Part shown: positions 1 to 11,177 of the stretch, one piece after another
Numbering within the stretch: the stretch's first letter is position 1
Layout: the number at the start of each line of letters is the position of its first letter
Program-made: the position numbers and the translations under genes
Assembly: GCA_964035545.1 (NCBI GenBank)
Contig: OZ037771.1
Coordinates: 9,293,408-9,357,407 of the forward strand
Direction of reading: 5' to 3'
Length of the DNA: 64,000 nt
From: Bugula neritina
Lineage: Eukaryota; Animalia; Bryozoa
Notes under the pieces: model-generated
The model's input: the letters and a program-made list of their open reading frames with translations, nothing else
What the model was told of the DNA's origin: nothing
Databases searched by the model: none

Positions 1-603
1 GACTCCGGGGTGACATCCGCTAGCCATGTGTGCGGTAACGGGGTATGGATAGGATAGCAGGTAATGGGCATTCACGTTCATCTTTAGTGCACGAATAGAC
101 GAACAATCCTCCTGGCACACTAGACATCTGGTACTTCCGCGCGGCCCCCACACGGCTTCTATCTTTCTTTCCGTAGCCGGCAACACCCACCGCCAACGAC
201 GGCAGAGTGGCGCCGGTAGCCCTCCGTCTTCCTCCATGAGCGTGGAAGGATGTGGGTGAGGTGCGTGGTCTTGTGACCCTTTGGTAGCAGGTCGAGTGTT
301 ACCTGAAAGAGTTCAACAGTGTTAGTTACATACACTGAAGTGCCGCCAGCGTTAGACAGCCTGACAGCCCCCCTCTCAGTTAGACACTCGCGATATCTAT
401 GCCAGTGAAAAATTGGCCGAAAACACGAACTGCAACCGAGAATCACTAAGATCTCCTAGTCAGTCCGTGTTCTCACCACTTACTTTCACTGACGGTATAT
501 CCATCCTAGTTAACTAAGTTGAGTTAGAGCTGACTGATGCAATTTAGTTTCCATACCAGAAGAATATAGTTAACTCACCCCTCGATCCGGTATAGCCAGA
601 CAT
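1..603 (-). CDS. Putative spliced accessory ORF downstream of pol with degenerate C2H2-like zinc finger (partial, runs off window)
   Basis: Exons 603-579 (MSGYTGSRG, donor GTGAGT) and 302-1 (acceptor CTCTTTCAG, upstream TAACTAAC branch-like motif) join in frame. Open to the window edge with CLVCQEDCSSIRALKMNVNAH. Confidence 0.5.
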
Positions 604-766
604 ACTGAATTTTGGAATGATTACTATGAGTGACTACTAGCACGTCTGCTCTTAACTGCATCAGCATAAGAAAAGACCGGGCAATGTGGTTGTGGCGTGT
701 GGTTGGGGCACTTCACAACTGGCGGATTAATTTCGCTCGTGGTTCCGCACATGTAAAAGTCAGTTT

Positions 767-3700
767 TTACGTGGAGCCCACAACTCCCACAATTAACTGA
801 TGGTTCTTCCGTATGGCACCCGCTGGACTTACATACTTGCCGCTTTGAACACAGTCACATATGGAGTCTTGTAAGTACGCTGGAGGTTGTCTGGTACGCT
901 GTCCTCGTTCCAGAGGAGGCGGTGCACTCACCGATGGACTATCAAGTTCCACTGGTGGGACTTCTGGCTCATTAGTGACTATTTCTTCTCTGATTTCACC
1001 GGACGCAGCCCCTCTCTCCGTGGGGGTTTCCACTTCTGGGCCCAGCTCAGGCTCCGGAAGTGACGGTGTCAGACCTGGCGCTGGAGGCGGCGGACCCACT
1101 TCTGCTGGGGGAAGCGGTCATTCGTTTCTTGCCAGGTCCTTTGCCCCCGGCACGACCACCTCATATTTGGGTCCACGCCGCTGTCGCCCGCGCGTTGTTG
1201 TGTGCCTCTGGGGCTCCAACAATGGGGGGCTTCTCCCACCGCGTCGGGGCTGGCCCAATACGGCTTCAAGCTAGCCTCATTCTGGACAAACACCTGTCCT
1301 GAGCGCTCAATCTTGTAGGTATGGTTGGGCCTCGACCACTACGTAGGGTCCCACGAACTTGGGCTGTCACTTAGCCGCCTGTCCGCGACGCATACGATGA
1401 TTGACCATCCACACCCAGTCTCCTACCTGGTAGAGGGGTGGTTCTTCTGAGTCTTCACGCCGCACCTGCCACTGCTTCTCTCGCAGCATTTCGTGTGCGG
1501 CCTTCATCCATTCCACCAGTTGGCTGGCGTACTCGTGGACCAAGTTGTCCTGCTCAGGAACATGGTGGGTAAGGTAATCGGGCACCCAAGTCTCTCGACC
1601 GAGCATTAGGAAGTTGGGAGTCTCACCAGTACTGGTGTGTGAGTATTACGATAGGTACACATGACTTGCGGCAGTATCGTATCCCTTTCCTCCTGACTCC
1701 GGCGGAGGAGCAGACTCCGGAGGGCATCACCCAGCATCCGGTTGTTGCGCTCCACCACTCCGTTACCCTGTGGATGGTAAGGGGTGGTCCTGGTTTGATT
1801 TACTCTCCAGAGGCGGCAAAGGTCGCTCATCAGCTGAGACGGGAATTGAGCGCCTTGGTCTGAATGTATCTGTTCCGGGAGGCCGAAATAGCAGAACACA
1901 TTTTGATCCAGAACCCTGGCCACTGTCGGAGCCGACGCGTCTGGGATAACCAAGGTGTCGGCCCACCTAGTAAAGTGGTCGGTCAATACTAAGATCCAGC
2001 TGTTGCCTCTGGGGGTTGGGGGGCATGGGTCTGACCAGGTCGACAGCTACCACTTGCCACGGCTGTCCAGCATACAGTCTCCGTCGTCCCGCTTCACCAG
2101 GGAGACGGCCATGCTTACTGGCCTGGCAGATCTCGCACTGTCTCACTCACGCCTCATTTTGGGCCAATACCACCGGAGTTGCAGTTTGGCGATCACCCTC
2201 TAGATTCCTGCGTGAGCCTGTTTGTGAGTATCCTAGATTATCTCCCGGCGTATGGCAGCAGGACAGACCACCCTCCTCCTCTCGGGGTGTCGGCTGCTGG
2301 CAGATAGTGTGATAGTCAGTAGCCCATCATCTCCAATCCGTAGCGAGTCCCAAGGCTGGCAGAATAGCCGGAGTTCGGTGCACCCCTGCTTCAGTTATTC
2401 CTTGCTGGGTCGCCGCCCTTCCTTTTTGGCCCGATACACGTCGGCTACCACCCCAGGGAGATTTTCCTGGAGTTTCCTTAGCTCTGTGACGTTATCGGCC
2501 AAAACAGGGTTGGCGCGGAGGCCTTGTACCGCCTCCGAATCCTCGCCAGCTGTTGGTTTGAGTTGACCCTGGTCCTAGTCATACTCTGCTTCTTGGTTAG
2601 CCCGTGTCTCTAAATCGGATCGTAAAGGACCTCCGTCCCTCCTTTCAATACTGAGACACTGCTTGCATCCTTCGTCTGGCCACCGGCTCAATCCATCCGT
2701 ATTGCCGTGTTTCCTATCCGGCCGGTGTTCAATCCGGTAAGAAAACTCGGCCAGGATTTCAAGCCACCTGGCGACTTGGCTGGACGATTCTGCTCTTTTA
2801 CACAACCAAATCAACGAGGCGTGGTCCATACGCAGCCGGAAATTCCTGCTGTACAGATAAGGTCGGAAGTGTTTCACTGATTTGATTACTGCCAGCAGTT
2901 CCTTTCGGGTAGTGCAGTAATTTCTTTCAGCGGGTGAGAGACTTGCTGTAGTAAGCTACTACAACTTCACGGCCTTCCTGTACCTGTGACAACACAGCGC
3001 CAATATTATGGTCACTGGCGTCCGTGTCCAGGATGTACTCCTGAGTGGGGTCGGGGTACGCCAAGACGGGCGCTGCCAGCAGGCAACTCTTGAGGCGATC
3101 GAAGTCTGTTGTTCGACCGGAGACTACTGCCATGCTACCCCCTTTGTGGTGAGCCGGTTTAACGGCTGTGCTATTCCCGCAAAGTCTGGTATGTATTGCC
3201 GGTAATACCCTATCAGGTCCAGGAATGCCCGGAGTCCAGTCAAATCCTGGGGGTAACCCAGTCCTTTGTTGCCCGCACCTTTTTGGGATCCGTCGCCACG
3301 CCGTTTCGACCGATGACGTGCCCCAGGTACTTGACCTCCGCCTGCAACAGAGCGCATTTGAAAGGTTTCAGCTTCAGACCGGCACCTCTGAGTCCTTCGA
3401 AAACTTCCCTCAGACGACTGACGTACGTCTCAAAGTCTGGGGAGATCACGATGACGTCATCGAGGTAGATCAACAGTGTCTTCCAGTGAAGTCCGCTAAG
3501 GACTTTCTCTATCAGCCTCTGGAAGGTGGCCGGGGCGAAAGTCAACCCAAACGGCAACACCTACCACTTCCATAGGCCGTCCCGCGTGATGAATGCCGCC
3601 TCCTCTTGGGCATCGGGACTCAAAGGGACCTGCCAGTACCCGCTCAGCAAGTTCAGCGTACTGAAGTACTTGCTGCCGGCTAGGGCGTCAAAGGATTCAT

Positions 3701-4860
3701 CAATATGGGGCAGAGGGTAAGCGTCCTGTATGGTCACGCTATTGAGTTTACAGTAATCCACACAGAACCGCCAACTTCCGTCTTTCTTCCGGACCAAGAC
3801 GACCGGAGAGCTTCATGCACTATGGACTGGCTCTATGAGGCCGCGGTCCAGAAGTTCCCGGACTTGTCGGCTTACCTCTTTTTCCTTCTCCAACCCCAAC
3901 CTACGTGTGGGTTGCCGGATAGCAACTGTCCCCGCAGCCAGCAGTATCTCATGACAGATGGCTTGTGTCAGGCCTACGTCATGGTCCCCACTGCTGTCAT
4001 TGTACTCGCGCAACAACTTCGCCATAGCCTGGCGTTCCTCATTGCCCGCGTAGCCGTGGCAGGCCGCCTTGTACAATTCCTTGACGTGTGGTGGGACGGT
4101 CCCCCGCTCTCTGCGCGGGCATTGCTGGGGATCTTCCGTCGTATCTCCCAACGACGGTCCCACGTCTCCTTCCTGAACGGAGTGGAAACGGCCCACCATG
4201 GACTCGCCTGGTAGCTTCGCTGACTCCGTGAAGGGGTTTGACACACTGCACTAAGATCTCTCCTCGCGCAGTCAGCTGGTTTAGACTGCTGGCGAGTTGG
4301 ATTCTATCGTGCGCGCCCTCTACCACCCCTAGTCCGGAGATCTGGCTATTATTTACCTTGCAGTGAATGGTAGCCCGGGAGCGACCCGGTGTCGTACAGT
4401 TCCGTACTACCTGCACACCTCCCACTAGAGGGCGGCCGAACTTGTCGACACAGGCGAGCTCTCGCCCGGACATCAATATCGCAGACTTACTGAAGTCAAT
4501 GTGACACCCGTGTTGTTTCAAGAACGGCATCCCGAGGATAGCGTCCTCCTTGAGTTGGCTGACGATGAACGTCTCCTGGATAGCCTGATCTTGGACGCGT
4601 CCTGTCAGCTCTACTATACCATAGAAAGGGATACACAACCCGTCTGCTAGGGTGCCGTATTCCCCATTGTATGGTTCCATCTTGCCTCGGAGTGTAGTGC
4701 TGAGGGTGTCAAAGAGTTGGCGACTTATGAGGTTCGTGGTGCAGCCTGAGTTTATTAAAAAGGTTACAGCTTTACCCGCTATCTTGCCGGGTAAGAAGTA
4801 GCTGTTCCCGTGAGGCTGCACCCTTACTCTTTCTTCGTGCCGTACCTTTGCAGGGGACAC
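767..4860 (-). pseudogene. pol: Gypsy pol (protease, reverse transcriptase, RNase H, integrase), disrupted
   Basis: Protease FLINSGCTTN (D>N) and AILGMPFL; RT WRFCVDY, DAYPLP, LPFGL, YLDD; RNase H ILDTDASD, HFRPYL; integrase DHFTRW, IHSDQG, TPYHPQGNGVVER; C-terminal RTRQPPAYLQD. Split across many ORFs. Confidence 0.95.
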
Positions 4861-5086
4861 CTCTCTCGCTGTGAGTCTGGGGCAAGATGGCCTGCGACGG
4901 TTGCGGACCTATCTCGGTGGGCGAGACGGTGCCTTGTTTGGTGTTTGCACCGGTCCCCATTCAGACTTTGGTGTCGGCAACCCGTCGAATCTGTTATGGA
5001 GTGGCATAGAGAAGGTAGCAGTTGGGCGGTGCCACTTGCCTACCCGCCGTGGCTGTTGCCACTCCCGTGAATTGGTACGCAGCACC

Positions 5087-6067
5087 CTAGGGGGTGGTCT
5101 GCGTTTCTTCTTCCCAGGAAAATTTATCTCCGGCCCGCAGTTGGCGGGAACATCTGCGGGCCGTGTAGTTCAACCTTTGAGATAAAAGAGGACAGTATCT
5201 CCGGAAGTGTCCAGGGTTTCCGCATTCCCAGCAGAAGTTGGTTGATTTCCCCGGTGGTCTCGCCAACGGCCGTGAAGGCTCATAGACGGTGTCTTCTGGG
5301 GGTTGTTGTGTAAGCGCCACCAGCAGCTTGGCCATCATGTCGGTCAGTTGTGCGACCTTCGATGTGAGGATTAGCTGTTCCTCGGCGGCAACTGTGGGGA
5401 GGCCCGCTTTGGTGTCGTCTCCAGTGGCCAGCGGCTCTACTTCCACCTGGCTGGAGACCCCGCGATTTCTATGCATCTGGTTCGCCAGAAGATAGGCTTC
5501 CCCTTCAGCAAGGGCGTCTTCAATCGTCGTGACTCCCCTCGCCAGAAATTGGTGATGGAGCCTTAGGTCGTTGACGGACTGTACAAAGGCATCAAAAGTA
5601 TACCGTTCACGGTTAACTTGAGGCAGATCGCTGTAGGCGATCTGTGCCAGCTTCATCACCGTGGTGGCGTGCTCTTGTAGCGGGGTGCGTGGGTCACGCC
5701 GCAGCCCTTGTAGTCGGGCCCGGGCGTCTAAGGCGGAGATGCCAAAACAGGCCCGCAGCGAAGCAAAGATGCTGTCGATGTCAGGTCCCAACCCATAGGG
5801 TTTGGCCTTGTCCATCAATAACATTCTCAGCTTCAGCAAGGCCACCCGGGCTGGCCATTGGGTGACTTCCATCACATCACCAAACTTCCATATGAACTGC
5901 TCTACTTCTTCCTCACCTGTGAAGGTGGGGGCCTTCAAACGGTACCTGTCAGCGACCAGCTTTCTTTGAACTCCCCTTTCTTCTATTGCGGGGTTCATGG
6001 GAACAACATTATTTTCACGCTCACCTTCTGCCAGCTGTGGGTGTAGTCCAACATTGTTCTCTGCCAT
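5087..6067 (-). CDS. gag: Gypsy gag-like protein with CCHC zinc knuckle
   Basis: 326-aa ORF containing CWECGNPGHFRRYC, directly upstream of the protease and starting 17 nt after the PBS. Confidence 0.9.
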   Translation of the reverse strand: MAENNVGLHPQLAEGERENNVVPMNPAIEERGVQRKLVADRYRLKAPTFTGEEEVEQFIWKFGDVMEVTQWPARVALLKLRMLLMDKAKPYGLGPDIDSIFASLRACFGISALDARARLQGLRRDPRTPLQEHATTVMKLAQIAYSDLPQVNRERYTFDAFVQSVNDLRLHHQFLARGVTTIEDALAEGEAYLLANQMHRNRGVSSQVEVEPLATGDDTKAGLPTVAAEEQLILTSKVAQLTDMMAKLLVALTQQPPEDTVYEPSRPLARPPGKSTNFCWECGNPGHFRRYCPLLSQRLNYTARRCSRQLRAGDKFSWEEETQTTP

Positions 6068-6083
6068 TTCTGATATACACCGT

Positions 6084-6101
6084 ATCCCACTGCTGCCACC
6101 A
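6084..6101 (-). promoter_or_regulatory. Primer binding site (tRNA-Leu-like)
   Basis: Minus strand TGGTGGCAGCAGTGGGAT, 1 nt after the LTR end ...CATAACA. Confidence 0.8.
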
Positions 6102-6102
6102 C

Positions 6103-6516
6103 TGTTATGTTTTCTGTTATTGTGGGTGTTGGTGTATAATCAGATTAACGCATGACCAGTAGTTATGCAATCGACTTCACAGATGGGTTGCAGGAGAATA
6201 AGATAATATATTTTTACGATAGATACAACAATAAAACTTTACATTCACTTCAGACAATTTTACAACTCAATATCAAGTGTTCACTGTTTTCCTGCCCAGT
6301 AAGAACTGACGCGAGAGAAGACTGTCCCTGGTGACCTAATCAAGATCTTCATCCTGATTGGAGCTCAGACTGATCATATCACTAGCCACGTGGTCTCCCG
6401 CATGGTACGGGGAATATAGAAACACCGCGACCACCTTTAATCACAATGAAAGACGGAAGCGGCGAGCTCCCTCCTTCATCCATATATATATATATACGAA
6501 TCTGTGAGCCATCACA
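6103..6516 (-). repeat. 5' LTR of the Gypsy element (~414 bp)
   Basis: Minus-strand termini TGTGAT...ATAACA; PBS adjacent; minus-strand AATAAA not evident; partner LTR is outside the window, so the outer boundary is inferred. Confidence 0.65.
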
Positions 6517-6519
6517 TTA

Positions 6520-7240
6520 CTATGACGACTGTTATACTTATTAACACCTCGACTTTAATCATATCACTGAAATAACACCTAATTCTTAAACTGACACTAA
6601 CTGAACAAAAAGTAAAACTGAGACATAGTTGTACTAACTGCTAACTACTGCTGCTGCTGCCACTACCAGCACTACTACTAGCACTACTACTAGCACTACC
6701 AGCACTACTACCGGCACTACTACTAGCACTACTACTAGCACTACCAGCACTACTACCGGCACTACTACCAGCACTACTACTAGCATTACTACTAGCATTA
6801 CTACCAGCACTACTACCAGCACTACTACTACTACTAGCGCTACTACTACTAGTACTAGTAGCAGCACTACTACTACTAGTACTAGTAGCATTACTACTAC
6901 TAGTACTAGTAGCAGTACTAATATTTATACTAGACCTGTTGGTATTAATATTAGTGTTAGTATTGCTATCATCACAATGACTATGCGTAATAGTATTACA
7001 TTTACTATTACCATTACTATAAGTATAACGAACACCATAGTTAGTATAGTGATACTAATAGTCTATAGGGCTAGGCATAGGTGTAATTAGGATTACTATG
7101 ACTTATGCTTATAGTTATTACGTATTAGTATTAGTATTACTTATCACTTATTAGCTATTAGTATTAATATAAGTGTGACTATCAATATATTTAATAGCTG
7201 TTAGTATTAGTTCTACTAACAGTAATACTGCCACTTTGTC
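6520..7240. repeat. Low-complexity 3/6-bp periodic tract (ACT/AGT/AGC triplets grading into hexamer repeats)
   Basis: (ACT/AGC)n at 6634-6920, then ATTACT, AGTATT and AGTTAT type hexamers. Confidence 0.85.
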
Positions 7241-7284
7241 TCCTGTATTAAACTATATCTTATTTATCAATTAGTTCACTAATT

Positions 7285-7400
7285 GCTTTGAGATCGAGTT
7301 TCTAGATTCTAGAGTTTAGACAAAGCCAGTTGTGGCGCGGCTTATGTTACTCAGGGTCAAAGTGAAAAACACAATACCCTTGGCGGATGAATGGGGTAAA
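7285..7400 (+). promoter_or_regulatory. Probable promoter / non-coding first exon of RPP21
   Basis: Short complex, CpG-containing island between two periodic tracts, ending in a possible donor (GG|GTAAAT). The RPP21 coding exon has an acceptor TTAG just before its ATG. Confidence 0.4.
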
Positions 7401-7839
7401 TGGTGTTATTAAATTATTAGTAGTAGTAATACTAATAGTAATTGTAATTACCAAGTCTAATTAGCTAACTTTTGTACTTTAGTTTATTGTTATATTGATG
7501 CTGCTATAACCTAGAGGTGGGTCTTTCACAAATTATTTGTTGGCATTATCATTTAGTTTTACTTTTAGCCATAGTCATACTCATAGTGATTTACTTTTAG
7601 TTTCAGCCTATTATCATTAGTATAATTAGTACTACTCAAATACTGTTAGTATTAGTATTACTATTAGGCTATTAAATTTTCGTTTTACTTTTTATTTTTC
7701 AATTGTATGAAACTTATAGTTGTAATAGTACTATGGTTAATAAGTTATAGTTGTTTATTTTTAAACTCACACTTTGACGAAATGTCGAAGATAATGTCAA
7801 AAACATAATTGCAATGCCATTTTGTTTTGTCATCTTTCT

Positions 7840-9120
7840 CCCTCCCTCTCCCCCCTCTCTCTCTCTCTGGAATTTCTCTAGATAGAGTATGATGTCTGCA
7901 TGCAAGTCATTAGGTGGCTGCAGAGTTCAATCCGTGACCTGCATATATGGTCACACTATTGGCACCGGAGGTCATCATTCTTCGAAGTGTTTGTTAAGCT
8001 GAACCTATCCTTGTGTCCTGCTCTTAGCTTTCCTATGTTTCTATGTCTCTCATCTTCAAAAGTATGTACGCCGCTATGTAACAGATCTCTATCTGATCCT
8101 TCTGGTAGCATTCCATTCCCAGGTTTCTGTTCTGATATGGCAGCGCTTCATGCTATCTTTGAGACAGTCTTTGAAATGCTTCATCTGTCTACATTGGGAC
8201 CTCTTTTCAGTTTGCAGCTTCCCATAGAGGATTTGCTTCGGTATGCATTTTTTGTCCATTCTGACCAGAGGTCTTGCCAATCGAAGTCTGTTTTCGACGT
8301 TAAGATAATGCTTGGTATCTTTGCTGGTGCATGCCGTTATTTTGCATGCTTAATTTTCCGTAGACCTCATAATTTCCTCATATGGTAATCCTCCAAATTT
8401 TTGATCTTCATACTGTAGGTGGTCTAAACTTCTGAGATGTAGAGTAGTGTTGGAATAATGATCGCTTTATACACCTTCAGTTTTGTAGTCATTTATATTA
8501 TAAATCATTGTCGAAAAAGACTCGCTGCCTCAGTTTGCTGAAAGCAATACTGGCAGCCAGGAGCCATCTGTCGATCTCTCTTCCTAGATCAGCCTTTGAT
8601 GATAGTTTGCTACCTAGATAGACAGTTACCAATCAAACATAGTATTTCACCACCAGCAGTAATCCATACAAGTTAGGTCTAAGTGCGTTCCTGGTCTTGA
8701 CTGACATACAAACTGGGTCTTTTTTGCATTTAGTCGCAGTCTAGGAGCATTATAAGCCTTCTCAAAAGCAGTCATAGCAATCTGGAAATGCTCCTCTAAG
8801 TTAGCTACAAGAGCATTGTCGTTAGCATATTGAAGCTCAAGGACAGAAGTTGCTGATGTTAGTGTCTTTGCTCAAAGTCTGAGTAAGTTAAACAGGTAAT
8901 CAAAAGGTAGTTCAGTTCTATGCCTATGGGTAAATCCTTTTTCACAAGGTATGGTACAGCAAATAAGGATATGGAAAACAGTGTTGAGGCAATTACACAG
9001 CCTTGTTTGACACCAGTTTGCTCCTTGAAAGATTCAGATTGCTGACCATCAACTAAAACCGAGGCCGCCATTTCATCATGAATAAGACGAACCATGGTTG
9101 CAAATTTTGGAACACAGCCA
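7840..9120 (-). mobile_element. RTE-clade LINE, 5'-truncated and decayed
   Basis: TGVKQGCVIASTLFSI, ELQYANDNAL (degenerate YADD), VRMDKKCIPKQILYGKL...FKDCLKDSMK; GA-rich tail. Confidence 0.88.
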
Positions 9121-9931
9121 CATCAGTATCCCTTTACAAGTTACTATGAGCCAAGCCTACTACTAAGCTAATCTCATTATTGATTAGTCATCAAATATTT
9201 ATAATGATTAAGTAATACTAATACTACTTATATTAACAATTACAATAATGGTGACATTTATGGCAAAACTGGTCTCTTATTTTCAAAGCTAAAGATAAAG
9301 CATTGAAGATAAACCTAAAAATAAGGGTAAAACTAAAAATGAATCTAAAAGTAGTTTTGAACTTGAAGCCCATTAAACTCATCTTCCAACTTCAATCTGA
9401 AGCAAAAACATATTTTATCATAAACAGTAATAAAATGAGAAACGAGTACCTTAAATACAGTACATTAATTTATATATTATAGTTGATGCCTTAATCTTTC
9501 AAACACTAATAAAGTATTAAAATCTTACAAGTTTATTTGAGAGTATGCTCTAGCAGTCTAGCTGCTGGAAAATATCAATTAGTTGAGCAGGTCAAGTCAA
9601 TCAAGTCTACAAGTACTTAAGTCTGCAAGTAATTAAGTCTGCAAGTACTTAAGTTATTTCAATTTCGACCCAGCTCCAATATACTGTTCCGCAAATTGCA
9701 ATAATTTCTGTGAATTTTCGACATGTGAAATTTAAAGCTCCCTGGGTTCTTCCAGAAAAAGATGCAACAGTTAATGTACTTTAGGTTACTTGAGCTTAAG
9801 TTTTAAGCAGGTGCTAGGGCTTGTTCAGATGGGAATATTGATGAAAGTTTCACAATACTGTGTTGTACAGAATTTGTATTCTATGCATGCTGCTATTTCG
9901 CTCACGTACTACATGTTTATTAGGAGTTGCA

Positions 9932-10725
9932 ATGTCAGCAGCAGTGTTCTCAAGACTCAACTTCCTGTACCACGCAATTGAGGAGCTGGTTAGTAGCGGT
10001 ATTGAGGGCAAGCTAGCTCTGATTCACAGCTACTGCAAGTCATTCGCTCAAATAGCTCAGAAGAAAGTGTTGAGGTTGGATCCTACCATCAGACGAAGAA
10101 TATGCAGGAAGTGTGTGATCTTGCTTATTCCGGGAGTGACTGCTATAGTGAGGTAGGGATGACTTTTCTAGTGGCACTCCTAGTGTGCGGGTGTTACATA
10201 TGGATGTTGGGGTTGTTTCAACTGCTGTAATCGCATCTGACAAAGTCAATAGTGTTGTCAATGTTGAACTTTATTGCTCAGTATTACTTTCTTACATGTT
10301 GTTTCTCTAGTGATGTTCATTGTAGTATTAGTTTCACTATGTTGTAGGCACCGGTCAAAGCGACAGAAACATAAGGTGGTGACTTGTCAGCTTTGTGGAA
10401 CCATGAGGAAATATTATGACCTCTCTGGAAAATCATTTAGCATTGAAGCAAATACTGCAACAGGTATTGTATTCACTAGTATCATGTTGTGTGCAATAAG
10501 TATGGCCAATTTGTTATTTTCTTTCACTAGCAATGTCTCTTGGAAAACAACTCTAATTGAGAAACTGCTATAGTTCAATAATTCTAACCATGTATGTTCC
10601 ATTAGTTGTTTTCATTGCAGTTTCTCTAGATTTCAAAACTTGTATTTTGCAACCTGCTGTAATTTCTTTCAGTTGTTACTAAATTTAACCTCATTAATAT
10701 TTTTAATCTTTTAGGCAATGGTTGA
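9932..10725 (+). CDS. RPP21: Ribonuclease P protein subunit p21 (Rpr2/Rpp21), ~115 aa
   Basis: Exons 9932-10152, 10348-10463 and probably 10715-10725. Motifs RLNFLYHA, KKVLRLDPTIRRRICRKC..LLIPG and VVTCQLCGTMRKY (two CxxC zinc-ribbon pairs). Confidence 0.9.
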
Positions 10726-11177
10726 TATAGTTATGTTCTTCCTTACAATGCTTGCAAACTAGCTACATGAAGTACTTCGTGGGTATTTGGAGTTGTCTCT
10801 CCTCTTATAGCTGAAGACGCTCATCTAATTATCAATTATGTGAGTGTAGGTTGGGTAACGTTACTGCTGAAAATAGGACTTTTGAACATTTATATTATGA
10901 TAACATAGGAGTTTTATAAGCTTATTGAAGCGTTGCAATACATTGATAAAGGTTGTAAGCTTTAATATATGTATTATGTTTATTACTGAATATAATACAA
11001 ATTTACTCTCTTGGAGTTGTCATATTTATGTTTTGCATCAACCAATAACTTAATAAACCTATATTTTGCTTCATAATAACCTTGGTATGTTCTACGAAAC
11101 AGAATGCAATCCAATAAAAATATTAGCTTAAATCAAAATATTATATTGATCTGTTAAATAAAAATTTCTCACCACTT

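Larger units (their letters stand above)
1..6516 (-). mobile_element. Ty3/Gypsy LTR retrotransposon, decayed; 3' end lies outside the window
   Basis: Minus-strand order LTR-PBS-gag-protease-RT-RNaseH-integrase (Gypsy order); much more GC-rich than the host DNA; pol has many stops and frameshifts. Confidence 0.96.

Noticed and set aside
159-446. Supplied 95-aa minus-strand ORF as the accessory gene
   Set aside because: Non-ATG start, and it straddles the predicted intron; the zinc-finger-like motif is in a different frame.
6634-6891. Poly-Val/Leu hydrophobic ORFs (also 39545-40034)
   Set aside because: Translation artefacts of (AGT/ACT)n tracts; no splice or homology support.
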